Below are positions 1 through 9,336 of a DNA stretch of 64,000 nt, in pieces. Location: positions 1 through 64,000 of the IMG/VR virus record IMGVR_UViG_3300030109_004479. One strand, 5' to 3'. The stretch comes from an uncultured virus (IMG/VR IMGVR_UViG_3300030109_004479) (Duplodnaviria > Heunggongvirae > Uroviricota > Caudoviricetes). The notes beneath the pieces were generated by a model. That model was given only the letters and a program-made list of their open reading frames with translations, searched no databases and was not told the origin of the DNA. A program made the position numbers and the translations under genes. Numbering within the stretch: the stretch's first letter is position 1; every line of letters starts with the position of its first letter.

Positions 1-1811
1 ATGATAGTGATATATATTTTGATTGCGATGACGGTTCTGGCGGGACAGAAACCTACTTCTTTTTAGATGGATCTCTTTCTGGCGGTAGTCCATATACAGT
101 TTTCCCAGACGACTCTATCTTAACCTTTGGTAGTGGTGGTGGTGACATGACTATTCACCATGATGGCACAGATTCAAAGATTCGTAATCAAACTGGTGAT
201 CTTTATATTACGCAGAACACTAACGATGGTGATATTATTTTTGAGTGTGATGACGGTAGTGGTGGTGTAACAACCTATTTACAACTAGATGGAGGTGGTG
301 CTTTAACCAGATCATACAGAGCATTCAGAGTACAAGATGATTACAAACTTCAAGTTGGATCTTCTGGAGATTTAGACATTAAACACACCTCTAGTAATTC
401 TTACATTGAAAACCACACAGGTCATTTATATGTAACTAACACAGCCGATGATTCTGATATTATTTTTAGAACTGATGACGGGTCAGGTGGTATAACTAAA
501 TATTTTCAATTAGATGGTGGTTTAGCTGACGGCACAAATGCTTACACAACTTTTCCTGACAACTCTAGAATAAGATTTGGAGATGGCCTTGATCTAGATA
601 TTCACCATGACGGGTCTAACAGTTACATAAACCAAACTGGTACTGGTAATTTATACATTCAGCAGACTGTTGATGGGGCTGATATGGTTTTTAAAAATGA
701 TGACGGCAGTGGTGCGTTACATGAGTATATGCGTTTAGATGGCGGTATGTATCACGTTGTCTTTTCTAAATCCACTCAACACGCAGACGGGGCTTATGGA
801 AAATTTGGAACTGGTGGCGACCTTCAATTATCACACAATGGAACTAACTCTTTTATAAAAAATACCAATGGAGATCTCTATATTGAAAACTCTGCGGATG
901 ACAAAGACATCATCTTTAAATGTGATGATGGTAGCGGTGGCACGACAACCTATTTCTCTTTAGACGGATCAGGCGCACCAAATCCAAGGACAACTTTTCC
1001 AGACAACTCAACACTTCAGCTTGGAACAGGCGGTGATTTACAAATATTTAATGATAGCGCAGATTCGTATATCCGTGAAAATACTCGTCACCTTTATATT
1101 CAAAACACTGCTAATGATTGTGATATTTATTTCCAATCAGACGACGGATCAGGCGGAACAGAAACCTACTTCTACTTAGATGGGTCAGTATCCAGTGGCA
1201 ATCCAGTTACTAAGTTCCCTGACAACTCTATACTAGCTTTAGGAACTAGCGGTGACTTCTACCATTACCATGATGGGACAGACTCTTACCATGCTAACTT
1301 CACTGGAGATTTCTACATAGATAACAATGCCAATGATAAGGATGTTATACTTAGATCTGATAATGGTTCTGGTGGACTTGCTGCTTATATCACTTTAGAT
1401 GGCTCTGCTGGAGATATTAAGTTTTCTAAAAACGTAGATGCCTCTAGCCAGAACATTGTTGCCTACTACTTAGAGGGAACATACAAGAGTTTCTTAATAG
1501 ATCACCCAACTCAAGAGGGTAAGAAGTTAAGGCATGGTTGTTTAGAGGGGCCAGAACACGGAGTTTACTTTAGGGGTAAGTCTTCAGATAACATTATAGA
1601 ATGTCCTGAATACTGGATGGGCCTAGTTGAAGAGGATTCTGTAACGGTACAGCTTACAGCTATTGGCCCCAATCAGAACATATATGTAGATCATATAGAC
1701 GAAAATGGTAATATCCATGTTGGAAGTAACACTGATGAGCCTTTGAACTACTATTACACTGTAAATGGTGAGCGAAAAGGGGATAAAGTAGTCGTTGTAG
1801 AAGACGCATAA
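1..1811 (+). CDS. Tail fibre, C-terminal part (5'-truncated), with DDGSGG repeats and a C-terminal intramolecular-chaperone-like domain
   Basis: Frame is open from nt 3 (DSDIYFDCDDGSGG...). Seven ~70-75 aa repeats. C-terminal KSFLIDHP...LRHGCLEGPEHGVYFRG motif is typical of fibre chaperone tails. Confidence 0.85.
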   Translation, partial: DSDIYFDCDDGSGGTETYFFLDGSLSGGSPYTVFPDDSILTFGSGGGDMTIHHDGTDSKIRNQTGDLYITQNTNDGDIIFECDDGSGGVTTYLQLDGGGALTRSYRAFRVQDDYKLQVGSSGDLDIKHTSSNSYIENHTGHLYVTNTADDSDIIFRTDDGSGGITKYFQLDGGLADGTNAYTTFPDNSRIRFGDGLDLDIHHDGSNSYINQTGTGNLYIQQTVDGADMVFKNDDGSGALHEYMRLDGGMYHVVFSKSTQHADGAYGKFGTGGDLQLSHNGTNSFIKNTNGDLYIENSADDKDIIFKCDDGSGGTTTYFSLDGSGAPNPRTTFPDNSTLQLGTGGDLQIFNDSADSYIRENTRHLYIQNTANDCDIYFQSDDGSGGTETYFYLDGSVSSGNPVTKFPDNSILALGTSGDFYHYHDGTDSYHANFTGDFYIDNNANDKDVILRSDNGSGGLAAYITLDGSAGDIKFSKNVDASSQNIVAYYLEGTYKSFLIDHPTQEGKKLRHGCLEGPEHGVYFRGKSSDNIIECPEYWMGLVEEDSVTVQLTAIGPNQNIYVDHIDENGNIHVGSNTDEPLNYYYTVNGERKGDKVVVVEDA

Positions 1812-1826
1812 AGTTACAAAAATCAC

Positions 1827-1854
1827 TTGAATCTTAACGTATTCTACCTATTCT
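1827..1854 (+). promoter_or_regulatory. Sigma70-like promoter, leaderless type
   Basis: TTGAAT-N16-TATTCT, 6 nt before ATG 1861. Confidence 0.6.
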
Positions 1855-1860
1855 GTCGGT

Positions 1861-2070
1861 ATGGCCGAAGAAACAGTTAAAATTGAAATTCCGACACAAT
1901 TCGTACAAGTGATTTATCAAGCACTAGACATCGCTACAAAACAAGTAGGGTTGAATGGTGCTGAAGCTCTTGTCGTAGTTGCCAAGGAAATTGCTAAACA
2001 AACTGGAGAACAACCTCCTGCACCAGCAGAGGCTCCAGCCACAGAAACTACTGAAGAAAGCTCAGAATAA
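1861..2070 (+). CDS. Hypothetical protein, possibly fibre-associated
   Basis: 69-aa ORF with its own promoter, coupled to the next ORF (TAATG). Confidence 0.7.
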   Translation: MAEETVKIEIPTQFVQVIYQALDIATKQVGLNGAEALVVVAKEIAKQTGEQPPAPAEAPATETTEESSE

Positions 2071-2300
2071 TGCCTGATTTAGACTTATCTGAAGGAGAGT
2101 TTAAGCCACATTGGATGTTTAATCCTGTCCCTGAAGCGGATGGAATTAACGAGGGAAAGAACGATACACGCACTGCCATCTCTTATGAGGACTATAAAGC
2201 CTTGAGAGCCAAGGGGTGGGAGACAGTGAGTGATGTGGCAGATAGCCACACAAATGACCCTGATCCAGAGCCTACCGAAGACGTAGTTTTGCCTGATTAA
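2070..2300 (+). CDS. Hypothetical protein with FKPHxM motif
   Basis: FKPHWMF...AISYEDYKALRAKGW resembles ORF 46170-46337. Confidence 0.65.
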   Translation: MPDLDLSEGEFKPHWMFNPVPEADGINEGKNDTRTAISYEDYKALRAKGWETVSDVADSHTNDPDPEPTEDVVLPD

Positions 2301-2316
2301 TAGGGTTTTCAGCACC

Positions 2317-2344
2317 TTGATTGAGGCTACAAATATGCTATATT
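2317..2344 (+). promoter_or_regulatory. Sigma70-like promoter for the lysis cassette
   Basis: TTGATT-N16-TATATT with TGn extension, 9 nt before ATG 2354. Confidence 0.6.
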
Positions 2345-2353
2345 TTTAGCTTC

Positions 2354-2527
2354 ATGAGTAATAGTGAAATAATAGCTAAAGGAGTTACAGGGGTAACTGG
2401 CTCTTTAATAGCAGTTACAATCCCATATGCTGAGGTTATTCAATGGGGGATTCAAGTTGTTGGAGGACTCTTAGGTATTACGGTAGCTATAATTACTTTA
2501 TACAATTTAATTAAGAAAAAGAAATGA
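2354..2527 (+). CDS. Putative holin/antiholin
   Basis: Two hydrophobic segments and a KKKK C-terminus; first gene of the lysis cassette; ATG 2354 preferred over TTG 2321. Confidence 0.6.
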   Translation: MSNSEIIAKGVTGVTGSLIAVTIPYAEVIQWGIQVVGGLLGITVAIITLYNLIKKKK

Positions 2528-2688
2528 ACAAACAAGCAATCTTAGGAATCATACGTCATATCCTTACTTTTGGTGGAGGTTTTATGACTCAGAATGGATT
2601 AGCTTCTGGTGAGGAAGTTACTACTGGTGTATCAGCAGCCGTTACTCTTGTGGGGGTTATATGGTCTATCTTGTCTAAGAAAAAGTGA
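2524..2688 (+). CDS. Putative holin (54 aa, not in the ORF track)
   Basis: MNKQAILGIIRHILTFGGGFMTQNGLASGEEVTTGVSAAVTLVGVIWSILSKKK: two TM segments, basic tail, overlaps both neighbours. Confidence 0.7.
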   Translation: MNKQAILGIIRHILTFGGGFMTQNGLASGEEVTTGVSAAVTLVGVIWSILSKKK

Positions 2689-2879
2689 CTCATTTTTTCC
2701 GCATAATAGTATTAGCGTTAGAAGCTTACGTAAACTATACTAAAGGTAAGCAACGCAGATACATTTATGAACTGGAAGATAAAATTGATAAGCTTGCTGC
2801 TGATGGCAGTCCTGCTGCCAAGCTGCAAATTGAGAGACTTAGTGGGCGACTCAAGCTTGAACGAAACCGCAATATATGA
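2685..2879 (+). CDS. Putative i-spanin (Rz-like)
   Basis: Short N-terminal hydrophobic stretch followed by a helical/coiled region; overlapped by a lipoprotein ORF in another frame. Confidence 0.5.
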   Translation: MTHFFRIIVLALEAYVNYTKGKQRRYIYELEDKIDKLAADGSPAAKLQIERLSGRLKLERNRNI

Positions 2880-3012
2880 CCCACCTACAGTTACCCTTAT
2901 AAAAGGGTACGATTACCCCTTTAAAGAGGGCAACCTCATGGGCCGTGGACAGAAGTTCCATAGTGATTTTTCGTACAGACGTGCTATAATTATTGGTAAC
3001 AATAATAAATAG
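2767..3012 (+). CDS. Putative o-spanin lipoprotein (Rz1-like)
   Basis: Signal peptide with lipobox-like LLPSC; starts inside the preceding ORF; located in the lysis cassette. Confidence 0.55.
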   Translation: MNWKIKLISLLLMAVLLPSCKLRDLVGDSSLNETAIYDPPTVTLIKGYDYPFKEGNLMGRGQKFHSDFSYRRAIIIGNNNK

Positions 3013-3608
3013 TGGCACGAGAAAAAATAAAAAAAACCCTAAGCAGAGATGTGGATAATGAATACCCATTTCTACCTGAAGAGCTTCAACCCTATGATCT
3101 ACCTCGTAAGGCTATTATTGACGCAAAGAATCCAACAGAAATTCTTAGTGAAAATCGTGAAAACTTTGGTGTCTACGATCCAAGAGATTTCAAAAAAATG
3201 GTAAAGCGGTCAGGGTTTACTAAAAAAGAGCTTTTAAAAAGATTCAGAAAACCTAGTAGGCTAGCCTTAGATAAAGAATTTCGTCGTAAAGAAAGTATTC
3301 AAAAAATGTTAAACGAGTCTAATAGATCTCCATCTATAGACCTTATGAAAGCTTATAGCGAGGAACAGTTAAGGGGTCATGATGATAAACTTATGCACAG
3401 ACATGGTCAAAAGTTTGAAAGAGGGTTTTTAGAGATTCCCAAAGGAGCACTTAGTACTGATGAGTTTATAAAGAGGATGAGAGAGGATCGCCCTTCAATG
3501 TTCATGAGGCCATCCCCGTCGATGAAGGTTTTAAAGCCTGTAGAAGCTCCTTTAAGGAAAAAGCTGCTTAAAGAATACTTAGAGAAGAAAAAATCTAAAG
3601 GCGTTTAA
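3012..3608 (+). CDS. Hypothetical basic protein
   Basis: 198-aa ORF abutting both neighbours. Confidence 0.6.
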   Translation: MAREKIKKTLSRDVDNEYPFLPEELQPYDLPRKAIIDAKNPTEILSENRENFGVYDPRDFKKMVKRSGFTKKELLKRFRKPSRLALDKEFRRKESIQKMLNESNRSPSIDLMKAYSEEQLRGHDDKLMHRHGQKFERGFLEIPKGALSTDEFIKRMREDRPSMFMRPSPSMKVLKPVEAPLRKKLLKEYLEKKKSKGV

Positions 3609-3611
3609 AAA

Positions 3612-4166
3612 ATGATAGCAATCTGCGTAGGACACTCTCGACCAAATGATTCAGGAGCAGCCTCTGTAACTGGAGTCACTGAGTGGGATTACAACTCCCA
3701 ATTAGCTGATATGATCGGGGAAAATCTAAAGACTCCTCATAAGATTTACTCTACCTACAAGGGAACTAGTTACTGGAGTTCCATGAAATGGCTTGCTAAA
3801 ACTCTCCGTAATGATGCCGTCGAAGCAGCGGTTGAGCTTCATTTTAATGCCGCTACTCCTTCTGCTACAGGACATGAGTGGTTGTACTGGAAAACTTCTG
3901 AAAAGGGTAGACTTTTTGCTCGTGCTTTAAGAGATTCCTTTGAAGATTGTTTTCCTCAGTTACGTAGCAGAGGAATTAAAGATCGTAAAAAGGGAAGCAG
4001 AGGAGCTGGTTTTCTTAGGCTAACACACTGCCCAGCCGTTATAGCAGAACCATTTTTTGGCAGTAATAACGAAGATTGGGAACTTGCATTAAAAAGCATG
4101 GAAGGAATAGCCACTTCAATAGCAGGAGGGATTGAATTATATAAAGATCTTTCTGAAAGGTGGTAA
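3612..4166 (+). CDS. Endolysin, N-acetylmuramoyl-L-alanine amidase (Amidase_3)
   Basis: Zn-amidase motifs ICVGH...E, ELHFNA, AVIAEPFFGSN. Confidence 0.9.
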   Translation: MIAICVGHSRPNDSGAASVTGVTEWDYNSQLADMIGENLKTPHKIYSTYKGTSYWSSMKWLAKTLRNDAVEAAVELHFNAATPSATGHEWLYWKTSEKGRLFARALRDSFEDCFPQLRSRGIKDRKKGSRGAGFLRLTHCPAVIAEPFFGSNNEDWELALKSMEGIATSIAGGIELYKDLSERW

Positions 4167-4467
4167 TGTGGGACTTCCTAAATCCATTGCTATTGCAGGA
4201 CACCGAATAAAGGTAGAAACTGTCCCTTTTGGAGATGATGATCCTCCTTACGGTTTATATTTTCACGACAAAAAAACTATTCAAATCAACGAAAAAATTA
4301 AAGGTAAAACTTTATTAGAAACTATAAGGCATGAAATGATGGAAGCTAGCTTACTCATAAGTGGAGTAGGCTGGTTAGAGTCATATGAACAAGAATCCGT
4401 TGTTCGGTGTATGGAAGAAATATTTTTTCCTGCATGGGAAACGTTTTTAAAAACATATAAAACATGA
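4132..4467 (+). CDS. Small zincin/metallopeptidase-like protein (HExxE variant)
   Basis: YGLYFHDKKTIQIN...TIRHEMMEA...EQE pattern; true start may be GTG 4168. Confidence 0.5.
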   Translation: MNYIKIFLKGGNVGLPKSIAIAGHRIKVETVPFGDDDPPYGLYFHDKKTIQINEKIKGKTLLETIRHEMMEASLLISGVGWLESYEQESVVRCMEEIFFPAWETFLKTYKT

Positions 4468-5006
4468 AAAATTTTGTTGAAGAAGATTCAGAAACAAAAG
4501 GAAGACTTTTAAGGTACAGAATAAAAGGAGTTGATATTGAATTAGCTCAAGATAGGTGTGATGAAATGGGTATTCTTCCTAATTCTTTTACTCGTGGAGT
4601 AGGAAGAATGGTTGGGTTCTTAGGAGAAATAGCAGTTAATAAATTTATACCAAAATCTAAATACGTAGGACATAAAGTATTTAAATACGATTTAGTAAAA
4701 GGCAAAAATAAAATAGAAGTAAAAAGTAAAAGTTGTGCTAGTTCTCCTAAAGAACATTATGTAGCGTCTGTTAACGCCCCCAAGAAATTTGACCCCGCAA
4801 ACGACACATATTTTTTTACTAGAGTGTCAAAAGATTTAAGATTTGTTTGGATAGTAGGGTGGATATCTAAAGATTCTTTTCTTAAAAAAGCTTCTTTTAA
4901 AAAGAAAAACGAAACTGATGAAGAGGGTTTTGTATATAGGGCATCAGGATACCACATAAAAATAAAAGATTTAAAGTTGCCTGAAACGTTTATTCGTAAG
5001 GACTAG
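4464..5006 (+). CDS. PD-(D/E)xK nuclease-like protein
   Basis: GFLGEIAV...YDLV...IEVKSK...VWIVGW. Confidence 0.55.
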   Translation: MKNFVEEDSETKGRLLRYRIKGVDIELAQDRCDEMGILPNSFTRGVGRMVGFLGEIAVNKFIPKSKYVGHKVFKYDLVKGKNKIEVKSKSCASSPKEHYVASVNAPKKFDPANDTYFFTRVSKDLRFVWIVGWISKDSFLKKASFKKKNETDEEGFVYRASGYHIKIKDLKLPETFIRKD

Positions 5007-5268
5007 TATCCTCATCGGGAGTATTAATATATAAAGGTACTCCCTCTCCTGCTACTCCTGCAACGTTAAACCAAAAGTACTCATCTGCGTCCTTTAGTGT
5101 CATCTCTTGAGCTAATACATCAATACATTTGTCTATGGAATAAACAGCTCTAGGAGGTTCATTTTCAAGTTCTAGCCCAATAAAAGCTTCATCTAAACCA
5201 TCAGCTAGAATTACAGAAGAATTTGGAGAGTGTAATTCTATAAAAGACTCTATTTGTTTTCTATCCAT
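4990..5268 (-). CDS. Conserved hypothetical phage protein
   Basis: ADGLDEAFIG...RAVYSIDKCI...DADEYFWFN motif is common in aquatic phage replication blocks. Confidence 0.7.
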   Translation of the reverse strand: MDRKQIESFIELHSPNSSVILADGLDEAFIGLELENEPPRAVYSIDKCIDVLAQEMTLKDADEYFWFNVAGVAGEGVPLYINTPDEDTSPYE

Positions 5269-5269
5269 T

Positions 5270-7435
5270 TTAAAACGGGTCTACTCCTGTACTGTCTCCC
5301 AAGTCATACTTTTCGTCAAGGTCTATAACCCAGTACTTACCTCCTCCTTGCCCCATAGATCTTATAGGCCTTACAGTGTCATTTTTCTTGCTTACTTCTT
5401 CAAGACTATTCATACCTTTTCTAAGAACTTCAAATTGAGAAGATATTCCTAAATGTTTCCCGTCGTTTAATAGGAGCATTCGGGATTGCAACTCTATCAA
5501 AGTTCCAGTCCAGTAAGGTTCAACAACATCCATTTGTTCTCTACTGCGTTTACAAAACCAATCAAGCAACTCCGCTATACTGCTTCTACTTGAGTTGTCG
5601 TAAGAAGCGTCTGCAATAGCAGGATCTATATAACCTTTTACTCCGTATCTCGCATTGCCAAGCAATCTTTTGGGGATTTCCATCTCTATAATTTCTCTTA
5701 ACAAGTAAGGTAATTCCTCTGCTATCTTAGCCTCCAATTCATGGTTTGGAGGAAACTTACTAGAAGCATTTTTACTTACCGCAACAGCTAGTATTTTATC
5801 TGAATTACTAGAATCCATTGCAGGAATGACAGACAAACTATTTGCGTCGTTATTTGTTGTCATAAGTATTCGACCAGTCCAAGGAACAGTAACTGCGTTG
5901 CAATACTTAGCATTAACTTCTATTTTTGGATTAGCTATAATCCTTTTATTAATTTCTGTGGCTTTTCTTTGATCCTGTAAAGAGGAAGCACTTACGGTAT
6001 CATCAACAACCCAAAGAGCTTTAGCCGCTAACTCTTTATTAAAAGTTGTATTACCTGCAATATAATCACTAGCGTCTGCAAAGCCCCCTACTGAAGCTCC
6101 TATAATTTTATTAGACAACAAAGTTTTACCTTTGTTAGTCCCTCCTACTATAATAAAACACTGGCCTTGAGCTATAACTCGATATAACACTGATTCATAA
6201 AAACGTTTCCACCAAGCAAAGAAATAATCAATCCCTTCATCAAAAAGTTGTTCTATAAAATTCATTAAAAACTTACACTTATTAGGGTCTCTAATTTCTG
6301 AAGGTTGGATAGGCATCAGGTTTTGACTATTAAGTATTTTGTTTGAGTTAAACCTGACCACTCGTTCAGTGTGCCATATGCAGGGTGCAACTTCATGGAC
6401 TCTATTATTTTTAGCTATTGAAAGAAGCCCTGCATCTACCTCACTAATATTTTTATTAGGTTTTATAATTTTAGAAAACCCTCTGCTTTGAAGCTCTAGT
6501 GCCAAAAGCCTTTCTGAAATAGTTACAGGATGCCCTTCATCTAATGAATAGTAGCTGTTTCCTGAATACCAAAACTCTTCATCAAGTACGCTATACTTCT
6601 CTGCTTCGTATTCTTGGATAAATTTATCTCCTAATAAATCTCTCCAAGACATAAAACTTTTTGGAGCTCTTGTAGAGAAACACACCATACCATCCTCTAC
6701 AACCATACATCCTTCGCTGTCCTTAAAAGGGTCAACAAAAAACAGGGGGCCTCTAGCCTTTAGAGAAAAGTCTTCCTCCCAATACGAAAAATTTTCGTAC
6801 TTACTCCTAAGAGCTTCTTCTACTTTATCTAAAGGAATATTAGTGTCTCCAGAGGTAGGAGCTTTTTTCATTAAGCAGTTAAATAAAACAGGTTTATAAA
6901 CGCTTGGGTCTACAGGTTTCCCAACTTTTTGAACCTCTTCAAATAAATGAAAAACTTGAGCAGCTTCGTAAGAAGCTACATCAAGACCTGCAAAGCATCT
7001 TGAAACACCTAAAACTTTTCCAAGCTCCTTAGCAAACAAAGGGTATACCTCATGAGGAATAGCTAAACCTTCCTGTTCTTCAAAAGGGTAAAAGGTTCTT
7101 ATATAACCAGAAAATGTTTTGTGTATGTATTGAGGCAGCGTGTATTTTTTATCTATAGCTTCTAGTAGCTCAGGCATATACTCCCAATCAGGTGGAGCAT
7201 CATAGTCAATAGCCAACCCATAAGAAATATTAAGGAGGTTCTTACCTGATATCCTTTCTGAAGGGCAGTCCCCCTCTTGAAGAGTAATAAAATAAGAATC
7301 AGTCTTAGGGTCGCTACACCATTTTTTGTACTCAGGCTTAGACTTAAATTTAGGTACTGGGGGTAACTTGAGTTTACTAATGTCTTCAATCTTTTTTGTT
7401 TTTTTATCTCTTAGGTTTTTTATATATCTAAACAT
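5270..7435 (-). CDS. Primase-helicase (AEP-like N-terminus, SF3/DUF5906-type NTPase)
   Basis: IDYD and KTFSG in the N-terminus; Walker A GGTNKGKT, Walker B WVVDD, motif C MTTNN; adjacent to the polymerase. Confidence 0.75.
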   Translation of the reverse strand: MFRYIKNLRDKKTKKIEDISKLKLPPVPKFKSKPEYKKWCSDPKTDSYFITLQEGDCPSERISGKNLLNISYGLAIDYDAPPDWEYMPELLEAIDKKYTLPQYIHKTFSGYIRTFYPFEEQEGLAIPHEVYPLFAKELGKVLGVSRCFAGLDVASYEAAQVFHLFEEVQKVGKPVDPSVYKPVLFNCLMKKAPTSGDTNIPLDKVEEALRSKYENFSYWEEDFSLKARGPLFFVDPFKDSEGCMVVEDGMVCFSTRAPKSFMSWRDLLGDKFIQEYEAEKYSVLDEEFWYSGNSYYSLDEGHPVTISERLLALELQSRGFSKIIKPNKNISEVDAGLLSIAKNNRVHEVAPCIWHTERVVRFNSNKILNSQNLMPIQPSEIRDPNKCKFLMNFIEQLFDEGIDYFFAWWKRFYESVLYRVIAQGQCFIIVGGTNKGKTLLSNKIIGASVGGFADASDYIAGNTTFNKELAAKALWVVDDTVSASSLQDQRKATEINKRIIANPKIEVNAKYCNAVTVPWTGRILMTTNNDANSLSVIPAMDSSNSDKILAVAVSKNASSKFPPNHELEAKIAEELPYLLREIIEMEIPKRLLGNARYGVKGYIDPAIADASYDNSSRSSIAELLDWFCKRSREQMDVVEPYWTGTLIELQSRMLLLNDGKHLGISSQFEVLRKGMNSLEEVSKKNDTVRPIRSMGQGGGKYWVIDLDEKYDLGDSTGVDPF

Positions 7436-7436
7436 C

Positions 7437-9230
7437 TTATTTTTCGTATCTTTCTACAACTTTACCTTCTGCATCCAAAGGAATATCTGGGATCCAAGAA
7501 GGAGGGGTTTTCATTATTTTTACTACATCTTTTAAAGCTTCCTCCGCTTCCTCTTCTTCTATTTCTATAACTACCTCATCGTGCACATGGCATATTATAT
7601 TAAGCCCTGTTTCTGCTATCCTAAGCATACAGTCACAAAACACATCTCTAGCCAAAGCCTGTGAAGCGTTTTCAGCCAATAAACCTCCGTAAAGTTTTAC
7701 GGCTCTTCGTGAAGAGTTTTTTACAACTGTTGCAAAATACTCTTTCCTTTGTATAGAAACATTCTTTTCAAGATCCTCTACTTCTGTAGTTCTTGAGTTT
7801 ATTCTTCCGTACTTTAATTCTCTTCCTGAAGGAAGAAGTATATTAAAATCATAAGGTGAACTCGCTACGTCTTTAAGTTCTTTAGTTAAAGATCTCCAGT
7901 AAGAAACGACCTTAAACATTTTTTCTCTGTACAAATCAACAGACGCTTTAGCCTCCTCCTCAGTCATCCCAGAAATTGAAGCAAACTTTCTGTAACCTAC
8001 TCCATACCCACAACCCAAAACCATTGTTTTAACTTTGTGTCTAATGTCAGGTTTAATGTCTTTTAAAGACCCTTTGCTACTTTCCCAAAGACCAAACTCA
8101 ATAGCAAAAACTTCGTAAATGTCATCAGCTTTTTTTATGTCTTCCAGTATGCTTTTAGATTTAGCTAACCAACACAAAGTTCTTACTTCAATTTGCGATA
8201 GGTCTACAACTACTAATTTTTTACCTTGAGGTGCTTTAATTAAATTTCTTAAATTGCACCCAAACAAATCTCCTCTTGGTAGGTTTTGTAAATTTAAGTT
8301 ACCACCAGAACCACTAAACCTCCCTGTTACAGAAGCTCCGAAATACATTATGTTTCCATAAAACCGCAAGTCAGGCATTGTCGCATACTCAAAACTTTCT
8401 AGCTTTCTTTTTACCGAATTGACTCTCCTGAAATTTCTAACAGATTCAATCCAGACATGCTTTTTACCGTGTTTCTTTATCCATTCGTTTGCTTCTTGAT
8501 TAGTCATAGCCATACTGTCGGGAGGCTCGACACCTGCTTTCCTGCATTCAGCATTAAAAGCTTTTCTAGATAATATTGGAGCGTTATCTATCCAAGGTAT
8601 TGTGTTTTCAACTTCAAATAAAAGCTTATTAATGTGGTCTTTTGATTCTTTAAGTAATTCTAAATCGATTGGGAGTCCTCTTTGAGAACACCTTCTGTTG
8701 AGCAAACTAATAGCTCTTTCAAAATCAGACCATTTAGGAGACAACTTATCCCACAACTGCAAACAATATTCACTGTCTAGTGTTGCATACTCAAGTACAT
8801 CTTTTTTAAATTCTTCACTCATAGATGACCAAGTTTTTCCTTTCATGGCATCTCTTGTTTCTTTACTCAGGTCTATCTTTAAAACTTCTTCTGAGGCTTT
8901 TTTTAATGATCTTGGGTACCCACAACAAACAGCCATATCCGCAGTGCAGTGCCACTCTTTAAAATCCACTGAATCCCACCACTTTTCCTTCACCCCATAA
9001 AAATATAATGTCTCGTCAAAAGATGCGTTGTGTGAAAGGACTCGCTGTCCCTCAAGCATAGACCAATCAAATTCTCTAGGATTACCTACAAAAACAAAAC
9101 CGTCGTCTCCTACTACGCTTATAAGATACGCATCAAAATCAGGATGAGAGAAATAACCTAAAGGCCCTAAAATCCTAATAGAGCAGCTTTTGTCATAATA
9201 TGACTCAAAATCTAGGGCATACGTATTCAT
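7437..9230 (-). CDS. polA: DNA polymerase, family A (3'-5' exonuclease plus polymerase)
   Basis: Exo motifs LDFE, HNASFD, YATLD; TGRFSG, NLQNLPR; motif A DLSQIEVR, motif B RHKVKTMVLGCGYG, motif C HVHDE. Start placed at MNTY (9230). Confidence 0.95.
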   Translation of the reverse strand: MNTYALDFESYYDKSCSIRILGPLGYFSHPDFDAYLISVVGDDGFVFVGNPREFDWSMLEGQRVLSHNASFDETLYFYGVKEKWWDSVDFKEWHCTADMAVCCGYPRSLKKASEEVLKIDLSKETRDAMKGKTWSSMSEEFKKDVLEYATLDSEYCLQLWDKLSPKWSDFERAISLLNRRCSQRGLPIDLELLKESKDHINKLLFEVENTIPWIDNAPILSRKAFNAECRKAGVEPPDSMAMTNQEANEWIKKHGKKHVWIESVRNFRRVNSVKRKLESFEYATMPDLRFYGNIMYFGASVTGRFSGSGGNLNLQNLPRGDLFGCNLRNLIKAPQGKKLVVVDLSQIEVRTLCWLAKSKSILEDIKKADDIYEVFAIEFGLWESSKGSLKDIKPDIRHKVKTMVLGCGYGVGYRKFASISGMTEEEAKASVDLYREKMFKVVSYWRSLTKELKDVASSPYDFNILLPSGRELKYGRINSRTTEVEDLEKNVSIQRKEYFATVVKNSSRRAVKLYGGLLAENASQALARDVFCDCMLRIAETGLNIICHVHDEVVIEIEEEEAEEALKDVVKIMKTPPSWIPDIPLDAEGKVVERYEK

Positions 9231-9250
9231 AATTTTCTTAGGGTTAAAGT

Positions 9251-9335
9251 AGCCCTGATGACACCCCCACGACATCATCAGGGCTTTTGCTGAGGGAGGT
9301 ACTCCTACAAACCCCCCTCACTTGCTGAGTAGCAA
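9251..9335 (-). promoter_or_regulatory. Three tandem hairpins in the polymerase leader (terminator/attenuator-like)
   Basis: Stems 9251-61/9275-85 (11 bp perfect), 9291-300/9311-20 (10 bp, one G-U on the minus strand), 9322-26/9331-35. Confidence 0.6.
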
Positions 9336-9336
9336 A

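Noticed and set aside
3050..3058. Perfect DnaA box (TGTGGATAA)
   Set aside because: Single copy inside a CDS with no cluster; compatible with chance
9231..9278. Longer N-terminus for PolA (start 9278)
   Set aside because: The extension runs through the hairpin region, and the Exo I motif lies right after Met at 9230, as is typical
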